From Octopus vulgaris (taxonomy: Eukaryota): DNA of 64,000 bases. The position numbers were made by a program, and so were the translations under genes. Location of the stretch: assembly GCA_951406725.2 (NCBI GenBank), contig OX597825.1:47120001-47184000 (forward strand), in the 5' to 3' direction. Below, in pieces: positions 12,864 to 27,098 of the stretch (positions are counted from its first letter, which is position 1; the number at the start of each line of letters is the position of its first letter). Below the pieces are notes generated by a model that made no database searches, was not told where the DNA came from, and saw only the letters and a list, made by a program, of their open reading frames with translations.

Positions 12864-13360
12864 GAGTGAGAGAGCAGTGCATGCAATCAAAGTGACACTG
12901 GAGTAAAATATACGAAGCCCAGTATACCCATCATGACTACCCGTCTGATATATGTACACCAGGCACATGCATCACAACCATATGTGCACGACATGGTGAT
13001 CTCATATCAAGATAAACAGCACATGACCTTGCAGGTTGGGCCTAGTTACAATTTTCTTCCGGTCGAGTAACCCACGTTTCCGAAGGTGAATTATCCAAAC
13101 CTCAAAGAATTCCTCTCAACACATGGCTATGATGCTCCACTACTACTTCTGCTCACGATCAGAGATCCACATATCGTCAGCCACTAAGGGACATGATCAA
13201 CTGGTTAAGGTCAAACAACTGACAAGCAAATCTGTGGTGTTGAGCAGAATATTTACTGTAGCCCATCTTTTATACCAAGACAAAACGAAGTACATGATAA
13301 CGCTTCCAATCAGTTAAGATGAGAAGCCATGAGAGCCACTGCCTGGTACTGCATCAGGGC
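12864..13360 (-). mobile_element. ~0.5-kb non-autonomous element in (TAA)-rich sequence (copy 1 of 3; strand nominal)
   Basis: Reverse complement of 57267-57820 with an internal deletion. Confidence 0.85.
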
Positions 13361-13364
13361 ATTT

Positions 13365-13830
13365 ATTTATTTATTTTTTCTTCTTTCAAATTTGCTTCCA
13401 TTTCTTGCCGAGTGTCTTCCCGACTCCTAGGGCAAAGAAACTCATAGTATACATTGGTAGGCCATTAAACCAAACTCAATAGTTCGTTCATTTTTTTTTT
13501 AAGTTAAATTAAAATACATGAGCAGCAACAGTTCTCACATCGACAATGCTCTTCTCAATACGTGTGATGTACCAGTTAAGACAATCTTTTGCACTTCTTG
13601 CAGGGATGATAAGCCAGGGATCATTCTCATATAATTTTCGGTTCCCTTCTTGATCATTCCTAGTGCTCCTACGATCACTGGTATTGTAACCGCCTTGAGA
13701 TGCCACATTTTCTCAATTTCAATGAGTAGGTCTTTATATTTTCTGAGCTTGTCAAACTCTTTCGCTGAGATATTATGATCACAGGTGATGCTCATATCGA
13801 TCAATAAGCAAACTTTATTGTTTTGGTCTT
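13365..13830 (-). mobile_element. 3' fragment of a second R4/Dong-like RLE subfamily
   Basis: LLIDMSI...KYKDLLIEIEKMWHLKAVTIPVIVGALG is an RLE endonuclease C-terminus; bordered by (TAA)n. Confidence 0.85.
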
Positions 13831-13832
13831 AT

Positions 13833-13854
13833 TAATAATAATAATAATAATAAT

Positions 13855-13936
<82 letters not shown>
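13833..13936. repeat. (TAA)n microsatellite
   Basis: Direct sequence. Confidence 0.95.
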
Positions 13937-13937
<1 letters not shown>

Positions 13938-13939
13938 TG

Positions 13940-16900
13940 ATTTCTTTATTAACCACAAGGGTTTACATTAAGAAAGACAGTACAGGACAAAAACAAAGAA
14001 TATGTGTGTGAGTGTTGCTGTGAAGGTTTTACGTGTAAACAAGAATAATAAAAAAAAAGTGAGGAGGAATCAACATTTGTAATCCTCAATAGGGAGAAGA
14101 CGTACGAAGGCTGCTTATAGAAAAACCCCATAAAAACCATGAGTACCTTGAATCTTGGTGCAGGTACCTTTTTTCCTTTCCACATTTCCAACTACAGGCT
14201 TATGCGCAGGCCAAGCCCGTTCACTCGCACCATTCTCGCCACTTTCATCCACCTTTCAGCTAACTGGCTAGAAGAAAACATTTTCCTCTCTACCCTTATT
14301 TCCCTTTCCAAGTGAAACTTGAAGAAGTTGATTAGGGTTTGGCCACAGAGAAAAGTGTTTTACTTCACTCCCTTCAATCTCGACCACCATACAATCTCTT
14401 TCGCGATGGTCAGGCATATAAAAACAACTTCTTCCCGGTTAAAGGAATGCAGCGAGGCGATCTTCACGATGGATTCACTTGACATCCGGATCCATCCCAC
14501 ATGCGACGACAGGTGTCCCACATGCGACCTACACGTCAACAATGCTCGAGCATGCAGGACCGTTTTGTCATCCTGCGCACATGTCGGATATGCTCAGCTG
14601 ACAGCACTTCCGTGCCTGTAAAGTTTATCACGCTCAAGGTCTCCCCAAGAACGTCGTCGCACTTTTCCACCGCTAATCCTCTATAAACGGCTAAAGTGGA
14701 TTTCCACCTATCGCACTGACTGCCTGAGGGCTGTGAGCGCTTGAAGACATTTCACTTTTCAAATGCTCCCCTCAGTCTCTGTTTTACTCAGGACTGCAGC
14801 TCCGGTAAAGAAACTTGCTGTCGAAATATGTCTGGCGAACGGCGACCACACCTGTTCACAGCCAAGGAAGCACTGGAGGTGTCGTAGCCTCAGCGCATAT
14901 CTGCGCATCATCAATCGCGGTATGCCCAGGCCTCCATGTAGCGGGTGTTGACAGCAGATCGACCGCCTGACCATCGGGACACGTCCCTTCCATACGGGGC
15001 GAAAGAGTATACGCTCTTGCGTGAATAGATGGTGGCCAGGTCAAGGCACGACGGTCAAGCGATAGTAGATGACGGCCGCGATATACGCATTAGCCACTTC
15101 TGCCCGACCTTTCAGGTATAGCTTTCTCTCGGACAATTTCGAGGTGAAAGTAGTCACCCTGCTCGTCACCTCGTCCCAGTTTTTGTCCATTTAGAGGTCC
15201 GGAACAAGACAGACACCAAGCAATTTAATCGGTCCGTCCGTCTCAGTGCCCAACGACGCAGATGGAAAGCATAGAATTGCTTCTCCAGGTACCATGCTGC
15301 AAGCCCACTGATATTTCCTGGTTAATTGTCGCTTCTGAAACCGTCTCGTAGTTCCTGAGAGCGGTGCCGATCATTTCTATGTGTTTATAATCGGACACCA
15401 CTACGGTGACATCGTCAGCATATGCTGACACGCGTCTCCCACATCCAGGGTCACGCGGTATGTCTTCTCTCAACGCCTCCAGATTATGCAATAGTGGTTC
15501 GTGAGTCAGTACGTGCAAGAGAGACGAGAGGGGCAATATATGCAGACCGTTCACTCTGACCATTGAACAGATGTCGCTGTAAATTGCAGCGATCCAACTC
15601 CTGACTACAGTCCCGAAACTGGCTGTCTTGAGGACCGCCGCTAGCTATTGATGGTCGACCCTATCGAAGGCTTTAGACTGATCTAAATTGATCAGAGTCT
15701 CACCCGTGACAGGTTCCTTAGCAACTTTCTCAATGGTGTATCGCAAGAGGTGGAGGTTGTAGTGGATGGATATTTTCGGGTGGCACATACCTGTGCATCC
15801 CCTACCAGATCCCCGACCACAAGCACCAAACACATCGCTAATATCGTGGCCAAAATTTGAACTCTGCATTTACCATGGTTATAGGCTTAAAGTTGTCAAT
15901 GCAATCCCCTTTGTTCGAATCTTTTCTCAACAACTCCACCGATCTTCGGTTCACAAAACTGGGAATTCTCCCATTCTGTTGCCAGTTGCAGTAAACGTTT
16001 TTTAATAGGTCGCCGAACAAGTCTGGCATGTAAGCGTAGAGATCTTAGGGCAGTGCAGGCGATTTGCCCCTCGTGTAGTCAGCCATTGCTTCCCGTATTT
16101 CAATGGCTGTTATTTGCCTTTCGCAGCGCTCCTTCTCCATCACCGAGAGCTGTGGTAGCCCGTCAAGTTAGGGCGTGAAATCAATCCTGTGAACCGACTC
16201 ACCGCTGCTCCCGAACAGCTGAGCGGAGTGCCGCTGAAAGGCCTCATATATATATTTGTTGTTGTTGTTGAGGTTGTTGCATCTGTTGTGACGGTAGTTG
16301 TGAGTTTGTGTGTGGGATGGCTTGTGTTTCAAGTGTTAGAGATGGTGGTCTCGATGTAATGATTGTTTTGGGTATATTTGCTTTTGTTTGTTTGATTTTT
16401 CTCTTCTTCTCGTGTCGATGAGGATTGCTGTTATTTTTCTATATGTTCTTTCTTTCCGTCTCTTCCATTTTTTTGCTTTTAACTTCTACTTCTCATCGCC
16501 ATCCGACTCTCTACCTGAAGTTCTCCACCCGCTCCACATCGGGGAGTAGAACATCTTCGGGTTCTGAGAAATGTTTCGGGAATCTCGGTGTCGGTATGCT
16601 TGTTGATGATGGTGCTGTCACGGCTGAATCAGCTGACGGTATGATACTGTTGCTGTTATCGCTGGAGATCTGGTGGCCGTTGTTGGTGTAGAGAGGAGAG
16701 ATACCTGTCTCTCTTTTCCCTTCAATCTAGGGTGGAAGGCTTTTTAATGATGAGTCGAAACGCAAATGTGGCACATTGCTTTCATTCCAACCACCCTGAA
16801 TGAAATAATGCTGCTTCCAGGATGATGGGTCTGGTCTGGAATGAGATCCACATTCTTTTGGGTCGTTTGGATAAGGAGCTTTATCGTCATCCCGAACCAG

Positions 16901-18070
16901 TTTTCCTTTTTGATCTGATAAGCTTCGAGGATTTTCGAGCTTTCCTCGATGCCAATCGTTACTGCAGAAATTAGCCAAGGAATGGCTATTTCTGGCGGCA
17001 CATGTTGAATGATGATTTTGGCCAGTCTCTGACCGCAGTAGAGAAAAACCAATAACAGTTCCTCGCTTTTGAGATTTATAGATTGTGATTTCACTTCCTC
17101 CTGTGTGCGGAATTTGACCTCCACCAATCATAGCCCCTTCCTCTCTGTATATATTCCTTTAGTTTCCAGACGGAACCTATTGTATTTAGGCCTCTGTGAC
17201 ACTTTCTACCATCTTTGATTTTAATACGATTGAACGGTACGTCACTGTGCGACGTATCGTATCCTGGGGTAATTAGCTTTAAAACTATTCCATCTCTCTC
17301 GACTAGCTGTCTGGCATTTTTAAGTTCCCTTCGGAGAATTGTACTCTCTGAAGAGATGAATTGGTAACTCCAGTGAAGGAAAGTTTAGAGCTATCCCAAG
17401 CCGTTGTACCGGCTTGTTTCTCAGTCCCATCGTTGTTTTTATCGTTGTTGTTGCTTTTGTTATTGCTGTTTTTGTGGTTCTTATTGGTGCTGCTGATGTT
17501 GTTGCTTTTGCCGTTGTTGGTGTTGTTCTTGTACTTGTTGTTACTGCTGTTGCTGTTGTTGTTCTTCTTGTTACTTGTTGTATTCACATTGTCTGTCGCT
17601 TCACTCACGAAATGATCCTCATTGTTTACATTTTTGAAATTGTTTTTCTTTTGAACAATGTCGAAAAAATTGGCCCTACTGTCATTTTGTTTTTAATTTT
17701 TCTACAAAAGTACAGCTATCACCTTTCTTTTTCTAGCACGCCATCGTTTACCACTCTCGCACTCTCTACTATTGATGTTTGGTTACACTCCTCACGCTCA
17801 ACCCCTCTCTCACATATGAGTATCACCGTGTTTTGTTGTGCTTCCTTCATGTTGATGGAGAAAACGCAAACAACTTTGACTGAAAAACAAAATCAATTGA
17901 TCTGTTTCCCCAAGCTGGGGGACAAAACAGGAAAATAAACTCACCGCTCGACTGCAATTAACCTGTTGTCCACGATGGTATAAACTTGAAAGGTACAAAT
18001 ACACGTATTGTGTTTTTCTTTACAAAATCCACGAGTGATGTCAAAGCGTAGCTTGACAGGCTGAGGGCCA
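13940..18070 (-). mobile_element. Decayed Tx1-like LINE (ORF1 ~16250-17650, internally deleted ORF2 ~14200-16240)
   Basis: INLDQSKAFDRVDH, SAYADDVT and CCQHPLHGGLG; ORF1 piece VEVKF...LAKIIIQHVPPEI. The 3' AATAAA abuts (ATT)n and the 5' end abuts (AGT)n/(ATT)n. Confidence 0.88.
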
Positions 18071-18762
<692 letters not shown>

Positions 18763-18948
18763 GTTTCAAATTTTGGCACAGGGCTAGCAATTGTAGGGGA
18801 AGGTAATCGACCTCAGTATTCATCTGGTAGTTATTTTATGGACCCGAAAGAGAAGAAAGGCAAAGTCGACCTCGGCGTATTGGAACTCGGAACATGAAGA
18901 CAGACGAAAGGCCGCTAAGTATTTTGACCGGTGTGCTGCTGCTGCTGC

Positions 18949-19000
<52 letters not shown>

Positions 19001-19019
19001 TTCATTTATTTGTCAATAA

Positions 19020-20423
19020 TCTCTATATATATAAAACTGAGAATGTGTGTGTGTGTCTGTCTGTTTCCCTAAAACTTGAGAACTACACAACCAATTTCAT
19101 TCAAATTTTACCCATGCCTTACTTAGGGTCCATGTAGTTTCATGGGGAAAAATGTTCAACTTCTTGCCTAGGGCGAGCCCATAGCAATATCATATCTTCT
19201 CCACTATTTCAGTATTACGTGTTAAAAGTGAACAAAAACATCTCTCTATTTTATGTCAGATACTTTCACTTTAACAATAAAAATTAGACATAATAATAAC
19301 ACTTGAATTATATGTAGTAAGTAATAATTAAAATCAAATTACAGTATGATATAATAATTAAATCGTAACATAACAATTAATAGTAAAAATAGCAATTGGT
19401 ATAAAATTGCATCAATGACTTGAACTTGAATAAGTGGTTTCACATGAATGGGAATAAATAAAAAATAAAATTTAAATGCAGAAATGGAATAGTCCAGATG
19501 GAGCTGTGCACGGCTTTTACATTAGATTATTTGCTAATTAGCTAGCATTAAGTATCTATATGAAGTTTGGCTGTATGTAATGTCTATTTTCTCGAAAGAT
19601 GCTTCTACTGAGTACTGCTGTTGGTTTATTTCTGATCCATAAAGACCTATAGCTTCAACAGAGTACTGTTTTTTGATTCACCGTAAGGTTTGTTGTTATT
19701 ATTATTACTATTGTTATCACGTTTATTGGTTCCTCGTAAGGGAAGCGTTGTTGTGTTGCATTTGTTAAATAATTGTAAACCGTAACCCTCCCCCTTTGGG
19801 ACAAGAAGCTTTGGTTATTGTTTAAAAATTGAATTGCGTCCCTGTTTGGGGAAATTGACAATATTTTCACCGTTTACACGGAAGCATTTTTGTTAAAATG
19901 TCTTCGATAAAATGTAGAGAAAATAAAAGATTTGAACACCTGGAGGAAACACCATTGAAAAGTGTCTTGGTGCGACTATGAAAGATATCAAGTATCTAAC
20001 CAGAGGGGGGTAAATTCGCCACAATAGAAGCAAGGTTCGAGTCAACGGAGCGTGCAAGGGAGTACTCGACTGGAACGTTGCAAAGTGGAAATATTTTAAT
20101 TTTACCTTTATATCTGGGACGTAGGGCGTCCCGAATAAAAATTAAAGATGTCCCCCCCCCCCCCAGAAGTAGAGGTAGGCTGGGTTGTAGCCACGCTTCT
20201 ATACAAGAGGGAGGACAAGATACAATTGATCGAAATTTCAAGAGACGGCCTACAATTCCAGTCTGTTATATATTTTGAGTATTGTTATCACTAGCGATAT
20301 CAAGATATAACTTTGTATTTTGTATTTTATGTGTAGATGTATATATATAGATGTACATATAATATGTACACATGTATATATGCACTAGCACTATGACCCG
20401 GCAACGCCGGGTCATAATGCTAG
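19020..20423 (+). mobile_element. Non-autonomous Helitron
   Basis: 5' A|TCTCTATATATATAAAACTG; 3' hairpin tatgacccggc-aac-gccgggtcata followed by CTAG|T; no TSD, AT target. Confidence 0.8.
19880..20280 (+). pseudogene. Tx1-like ORF1 fragment inside the Helitron
   Basis: TIEKCL..MKDIKYLTRG..FATIEARF...LPLYLGRRASRIKIKDVPP, homologous to the ORF1 pieces at 8320 and 25822. Confidence 0.75.
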
Positions 20424-20877
20424 TATTATCATAAAAGGCACACATAACTTTGATAGAGAAAAATACAGTAGGGAAATGGTTCTTGATCGATATGACTTGC
20501 CCAGGAGTTCATTATATCAAAGGAAAAGAAAACGAGAAAATTGTATGATATGCAGATTTGAGAACAGTTGTCGAGAAAATGTGGAATGACACTTCATGCA
20601 GTTCCCATGGATATTAGTAATATATCCTATAGATATTAGTAATTAGCAATTCGGTAAGAATTAAGAATCTAAACTTCATTGGTTTACTAGCTTCTTTACA
20701 GAAATCACAGCATTAACTACGTTACAGATTAATTTCTATACCTGACACAACGAAAAAAAAACATTCTATAAGAGAAAGCATCAATGCACTACATAACTGG
20801 TTGTAATTTTTAACTTTTCCGTCTCTGATCTGGGGATTTAAGGAGAACAAAATAGTTCCCTGCTTTATTTGAACTCA

Positions 20878-20911
<34 letters not shown>

Positions 20912-23107
20912 TGTACGCACGCACAGACACACATACACAGGCATTTTGTTTGTTGCTCTAAAAGTCCTTTATCCAAAGCGTCCGGCACACCTGAACATAA
21001 TAAGAATGAGCTGGCTGAACGTTACAGAAATGTTTACATCTTTTTTCTTCTATAAATTGAATGATAAATCATTATGGTAAAATTCAGTCATTATCTCTCT
21101 CTGAATTGAGGAATAATGTGCCAGAAGGAATGAAGTAGATACTTATGGTTATAGTGTTGAAGACAAAAGCTCATAAGAAATTGATGAAGCCTTAACATTA
21201 ATATATGAAATGAGTTATTTTCGTCGAAAGAATGGATGCCCCATGTTTTACGTAAGAGTATATGAAAAAGTTGAACGTACAATGAATGAAAAAGGAAAGG
21301 GTTAACAAATTTACACAAGAGGAGGTACATAGTCATTCATGTGGCAAATCGAGTCTGATTTCTATATAATTATATATAACATCGTTTTAACGTTTTTGTT
21401 AATTTTGATGATTGTGAGTTCCAGTCATAATGTAAAAATAAATCATGGACCGTGTCTTGTTTTGAGTGCTGTTGGTGGTTCAATGAGCTATTAAGTACCT
21501 GCTCTGCATTGTTTATAACTTGCTGAAGATATCTGATCTGGAATATTGATGGTAATTTTTTCCAGTTAATATTAAATTAATGTATTTTAGTCATCGTCAT
21601 GCTTAATGTGACTTTTATATTGGCGCAAAATTATTGTACACTAATAGATTTACTCGTATATTTAGCACTTAAAAAGTATCCATGTCCATTGATTTATCTG
21701 ATAATCTACATCACTATTTGGGACTTTACTCTTCCGGGTCTTCCAAATCTATATCATGGCAAATCTCTTTGATATTCAAGAAGTCGATATTCAAGGCTTA
21801 ATATAATTCCTAGTAGTGTAATGGTTTAACTATTTCTACCTTTCGTAAAATGTTATTCCACCCAGAACCAAATTTTTATATCAGTACTAGGTCTCTAGTA
21901 GTAATTTTCTCAATGGGCAATTTGATAGTTTACGTGCGTTCCAGACACTTTATCTATAGTAAGAGTTTTGCCTTATGGGCGTATACTTTTTCAAAACATT
22001 TTCAGAGTTTAGTATAAAATAAGCACCCAGAATACATTGAGATCTGAAGTACGAGATCAGTGTATTCTAGGTGTTCCTATATATGCTTAAAGAATTTTGC
22101 CTAAGTAAAACTTTAGAAAACGAGACAAGCTAGACACACGTGGACAGAGTTTATGCTCATAGAATCTTAGAACGACCTCAGCGAGGAAACTGTTTATATT
22201 CCTAAACACTCAAACAAACCTCAACTATAACTTGAAAGGTTTCAGTAGTTGATCTCACTCTATTAGCGAACAAGGATATCTTCAACACTATAATGAGGCA
22301 CTATCCAGGAGTGGTTTACTGATAAGTTAGTGAATATGAAGAATCCCCATTACGCTCCAAACCTAAAAAGAGTTTAAAATAGAAGGGTAATCTGGCTTAA
22401 TCTTTCATTCAGCTAATGTTTCCAATGGTATAACATCGGTTTTTCTGACGCTAAGTAAAACACATTTCCAAAGAACACATAGTATAAACTATTGACTTCT
22501 TATAACACCAAGGCTAGCTACTCCATCTTATATAATCTCTTCCAACATTGCTCACTACAACATACTCAACCACACACCCACACAATCTCCACTCTAAGTT
22601 CCAACTTGTAATTTCCGGAGGAAAAGATCCGGCTTCCCAAAGGCTGTGATCTATAGATCGATCTCACAACATCCAATGGAATTACGAAACACTGCATGAG
22701 CATGACAGTCAATAACTTTAAGGAACGATACCCACAACACACATGCCCATTTAGATATACTCAGAGAAAAATCCATTTTGTTATTCCCTCCATCTAGAGA
22801 TTCTAGGAACATAGAAACGATTTTTGCAGCATCACACGTAGCATCCTTGACAAGGCTGCTACTTAATCATCTGAAACGTGTAAATTTCAACTTTACTTCT
22901 GTGAGGAACTGTTCATATTACGTCAACTAGCGATATCTATCAATAAGTGAACTCACCAATCTTATTTTTGCAATCAGAGGTATGCCAAGTTAATGAACTT
23001 GGCATACTGTCGACTGCTGATGACTAAATTATAAGAGATTAAAACCTACTGTCACTCATTAGGGTCATGCTGCTCATTATAGAGTGGAAATTCTAGACAT
23101 CAAAAAT

Positions 23108-23712
23108 GAGAATTACAAATGTCACTAAATGTGACTAGGGTGTTAGAGATAAGAGATAGAGATAAGAGCTAAAGAGCTAAACTGCTCTAATCCTGTAGTT
23201 AACTCACTGAAACATATACACTAATAGGAAAGCATATACACTAACAGGAACCATAATTGACTGAAAAATGCCGATCGAGATTTCTATAATACTGACGCGT
23301 CAATTCCGGCAATTTTCGTTGTCCTATCTGTTAAGACCGCTCGAATGTTCGGCTCTTTCCGGACTCACTTTACCATTAGTATTTGTTTTCGTTATCCAAA
23401 TAATTGGATGATTTAACGATTCGCTAATGAGTATATATAAAATTAATATAAACAGCAGTTTGCAATGTTTCACCAAAAAGGAGAATTACAAATGTCACAA
23501 AATGTGACTAGGGTGTTAGGAAACACCTACATTGCTAGAAATAAGAGCTGAACCACTCTAATACTGTAGTTAACACACTTAATGAAAACATATACACTAA
23601 GACGGACATTAATCGTCCGAAAAATGACGATCGAGAATTCTATTACAGACGCGTCAGTTTCAGCAATTTACGATCAGTTACGATCGCTCGAATGATCGGC
23701 TCTTTCTGGACT
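23108..23712. repeat. Diverged direct duplication (23108-23367 vs 23482-23712)
   Basis: Both copies begin gagaattacaaatgtcac.aaatgtgactagggtgttag and end cgctcgaatg.tcggctcttt..ggact. Confidence 0.85.
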
Positions 23713-23889
23713 TGCATATATGTATGAAATTGTGTTATTTAAAACGCGCTCGTGCGTTTGTGTGTGCATGCATATTTATGCATATATATGTGTGTGTATA
23801 TGCATGTATATTTTTATACATATGTATATGTGTATGTATAAGTATGTACGTATGTATTTTTTTTACTCGGTCACATCGTTTGCTTTACT

Positions 23890-24270
23890 ACACATACACT
23901 ACATCTACTCTGGTAAGTGCCATTTGGTTAATGGGGGAGTTTGATGTTGCTGCATTCACCTGTATTTCTGGGCGCAAGTTTCTTCTGGAACTCTTGACAG
24001 GAGGAGATACTGTTTTGTTTTGAAGACGCCTACATGGATCCCATGTAGGTCTCTCCGGTGTTATGGGAGGATATGAAGTTTTGTAGGTCCTTGAAACCCA
24101 AGCTGTTGCAATATCTGGTCTTGTATCCTGATCGCAATGTTGGAATCCTTGGTACTCTGAGTGGTGCCGCGTTCTGCTGTTTCCGTAACATATAATGCCA
24201 AAATTTGATCCAAGTTCTAGGACATTCCCGATGCATATCACTGCGTATCTTTCCTGCCTATGGTATAGTG
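23890..24270 (-). mobile_element. CR1-like LINE 3' fragment
   Basis: Pieces such as VPRIPTLRSGYKTRYCNSLGFK and AATSNSPINQM resemble CR1-group ORF2 C-termini (recognised by eye). Confidence 0.55.
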
Positions 24271-24279
24271 AGATAGGAA

Positions 24280-24485
24280 ACCCAAAGAGAGATTAGCAGA
24301 GAACTCCATAATACCAACCCTGTACTCCCGCTTTGTGGATGATATCAACATAGTGGCCAAAATACCCCCACAAGACAATGTCGATGATCTAGAAGCTAAA
24401 ACTATGGAGAGCATCAAGTAAATAGCTAACTCCATCCACCAAAGTATTAATGTAACAATTGACTATCCTAACAAGCACCCGAACA
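24280..24485 (+). mobile_element. Penelope-like RT fragment (motif C)
   Basis: PTLYSRFVDDINIV...IANSIHQSINVTIDYPNKHP. Confidence 0.7.
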
Positions 24486-24486
24486 C

Positions 24487-24521
<35 letters not shown>

Positions 24522-24523
24522 AC

Positions 24524-24579
<56 letters not shown>

Positions 24580-24608
24580 CACACACACACATATATATAT
24601 ACATAAAT

Positions 24609-24722
<114 letters not shown>

Positions 24723-24869
24723 TGTTGTGAATTTATGGAAAGGAATCCCATAAAACTCATTTCAATAGAATGGTAAATGACTAAATAAATAAATGAATGG
24801 AAGTAAGAATCGAAGGGGGACCCTCTCCCTCTCTGTACCTATTTTTTCTGTCTGTCCCTCTGTCTTTTC

Positions 24870-24958
<89 letters not shown>

Positions 24959-25218
24959 CGGACGTGCTGTCACTTCGGCTCCGAAGGTAATCGTTTATTT
25001 TGACTATTTATAGCCCATATTTTGCGTACATATTTGTAAATAAGGTGTGTAAGGCACCCAACTTTCGTTTGAGTGCTTTTCCAAGGGAGGAATTCGCCCC
25101 TAGGGCCAGTTTCAACCCTATTTAATTTGTGTAATTTTCTTCTCGACATTAAAAAATGTCGAGAAATTTTATTGTAGAACGCTGGTCGCGTTTCTTTATG
25201 GACCAGCATTTTTCTAGT

Positions 25219-27030
25219 ATGGAAACGCTAGGAGAAAAAAGAACTTATGCACGCAAAGTGCAAACCTGAATGACGTGGTAGTAAACGCTGCAACCACTTG
25301 CGGTAATAGCCCTGTCACCACCACCACCACCACCACCACCACCACTAACAACAACAACAACGAGACTACTACTGCTACCACCACCACCTCCACCACCACC
25401 ACCACCACCATCACCACCACGACCAACATAAATGATAAAAATGAAACTCACGCGAATACTATTAAGAAAAACAACAACAAGAACAAGAACAACAATAAAA
25501 ATGAACTATCTAATAGTGAAGATGTTAATATAAAAGAATCAACAACATCAGTAAATTTCGCTGACACTCTGCGTCAGAAAAAAGAAATTGTAAAATTTAC
25601 AAATGAAGAGTTAATAGAAACGAGAGCTCTCTTTACAACCCGAGGGCAAGATTTAGTGCTGCATACACCTCAACACATAAAGGAACAAATAGAAAATAAA
25701 ATTATAAGAAAAAACAAAAAACAAAATGAACAGATTACAAAAATGGATAGAGAAAAATGTTTAAAAAACATAATGAAAAAAAAAAGAATATATAAACTGG
25801 GGTCCCCAGTTTAACACAGTAGTGGTCCGCTTCCCTAACCAGGAAGTGGCAGAAGCTCACTCTACCGAGTCTTTGGAAAATAATGATATCATCATGGCAT
25901 CTTATTACAAAGGCCAGAGAGTGAGTAGAATTACTATTAAAAATGTACCCCCCGAGATCCCTAACAAATGGATAACAGGGGCAATCTGTTACCATTTGAA
26001 AAAGATAAATATTTTAGAAACCGCCGAGGAAATAAACGACAATTGGGGTGGAAAAACAATAGTAGTGACCATCCAGATTGAGGGGTCCTCTATCGAGAAC
26101 CTACCTGATAGGATCCACTTAGAAAATGGGCAAAGCCTATATGTTGTGGCAGAAGGGAAAAAGCCTAGATGCTACAAATGTGGCAGCCCGAGCATTTAAA
26201 TGCCAAGTGCGCTCTGGCACAGAAAAAACAAGAAAGAACAAATCAGAAAACAAATAAAAAACCTTTGTTGCCAACACCAACACCAACACACTCAATTATG
26301 GAACAATGCCAAGAAAAACAACAAACCAGCAAACAAACCCTAACAACATCACCAAGAAAAGAAACAGTACCAACACAATCACCGTTGATGTCGCAACCAA
26401 TTCATCATACTGAACCAAAAGATAGACCAACACCGAGGACGACAATTAAATAGACAGAAAACATTGATGAGAAGACAAATTCTACCCCTAACACCACAAC
26501 AACACAAACAACGCACAAAACATCAACAATTTCTACAAGCATACATATTAACGCAAATGCTTTGCCTTTACCCCCTTCTGATTCGTCGGACGACGAAAGT
26601 TCGACGGAATGGCAAATAGCCACAGGGGGTAAAAGGAAAAGATCAAAAAGCCCACCAAACAAGGAAGTAAAGCAGGGAGATATTTAACTCCGGACAGCAT
26701 CCCCCTAGACAATAAAAAAATCAATGAACCCGCAAAACCACACACACAACTAACTGCAATAGACACAGACAATAAAAAATTAATGGATTACATTGCATCC
26801 AACACGGACATCTGTGAAGATGACTTTTAGACAAACAATCATCCGCGCACCACACCACCGAAGCACATAAGAATTGTACACATAACACAAACACAACACC
26901 ATACACTGAAAACAATATTTCCAAATGCGGTAGGCGGGTTTCAACGATACCTCTCCAAAAAACTATACAAACACCTCATCAAAGACACTACAAAAGAAGA
27001 AGAAAAAAATGAAACTTTCGAAATGAGTAA
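25219..27030 (+). pseudogene. Tx1 ORF1 (nucleic-acid chaperone, CCHC zinc knuckle), frameshifted
   Basis: Pieces 25275-25814 and 25822-26199; knuckle RCYKCG..EHLNAKC split by a frameshift. Confidence 0.8.
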
Positions 27031-27098
27031 GTGACCTTCCCTCTTGCCTCTTGTCTCTTCCAATGTAGTGTGTGAAACAATTTTCATAAACGTCAATT

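Noticed and set aside
21000-23050. Possible ancient transposon coding remnant
   Set aside because: No diagnostic motif could be recovered by eye.
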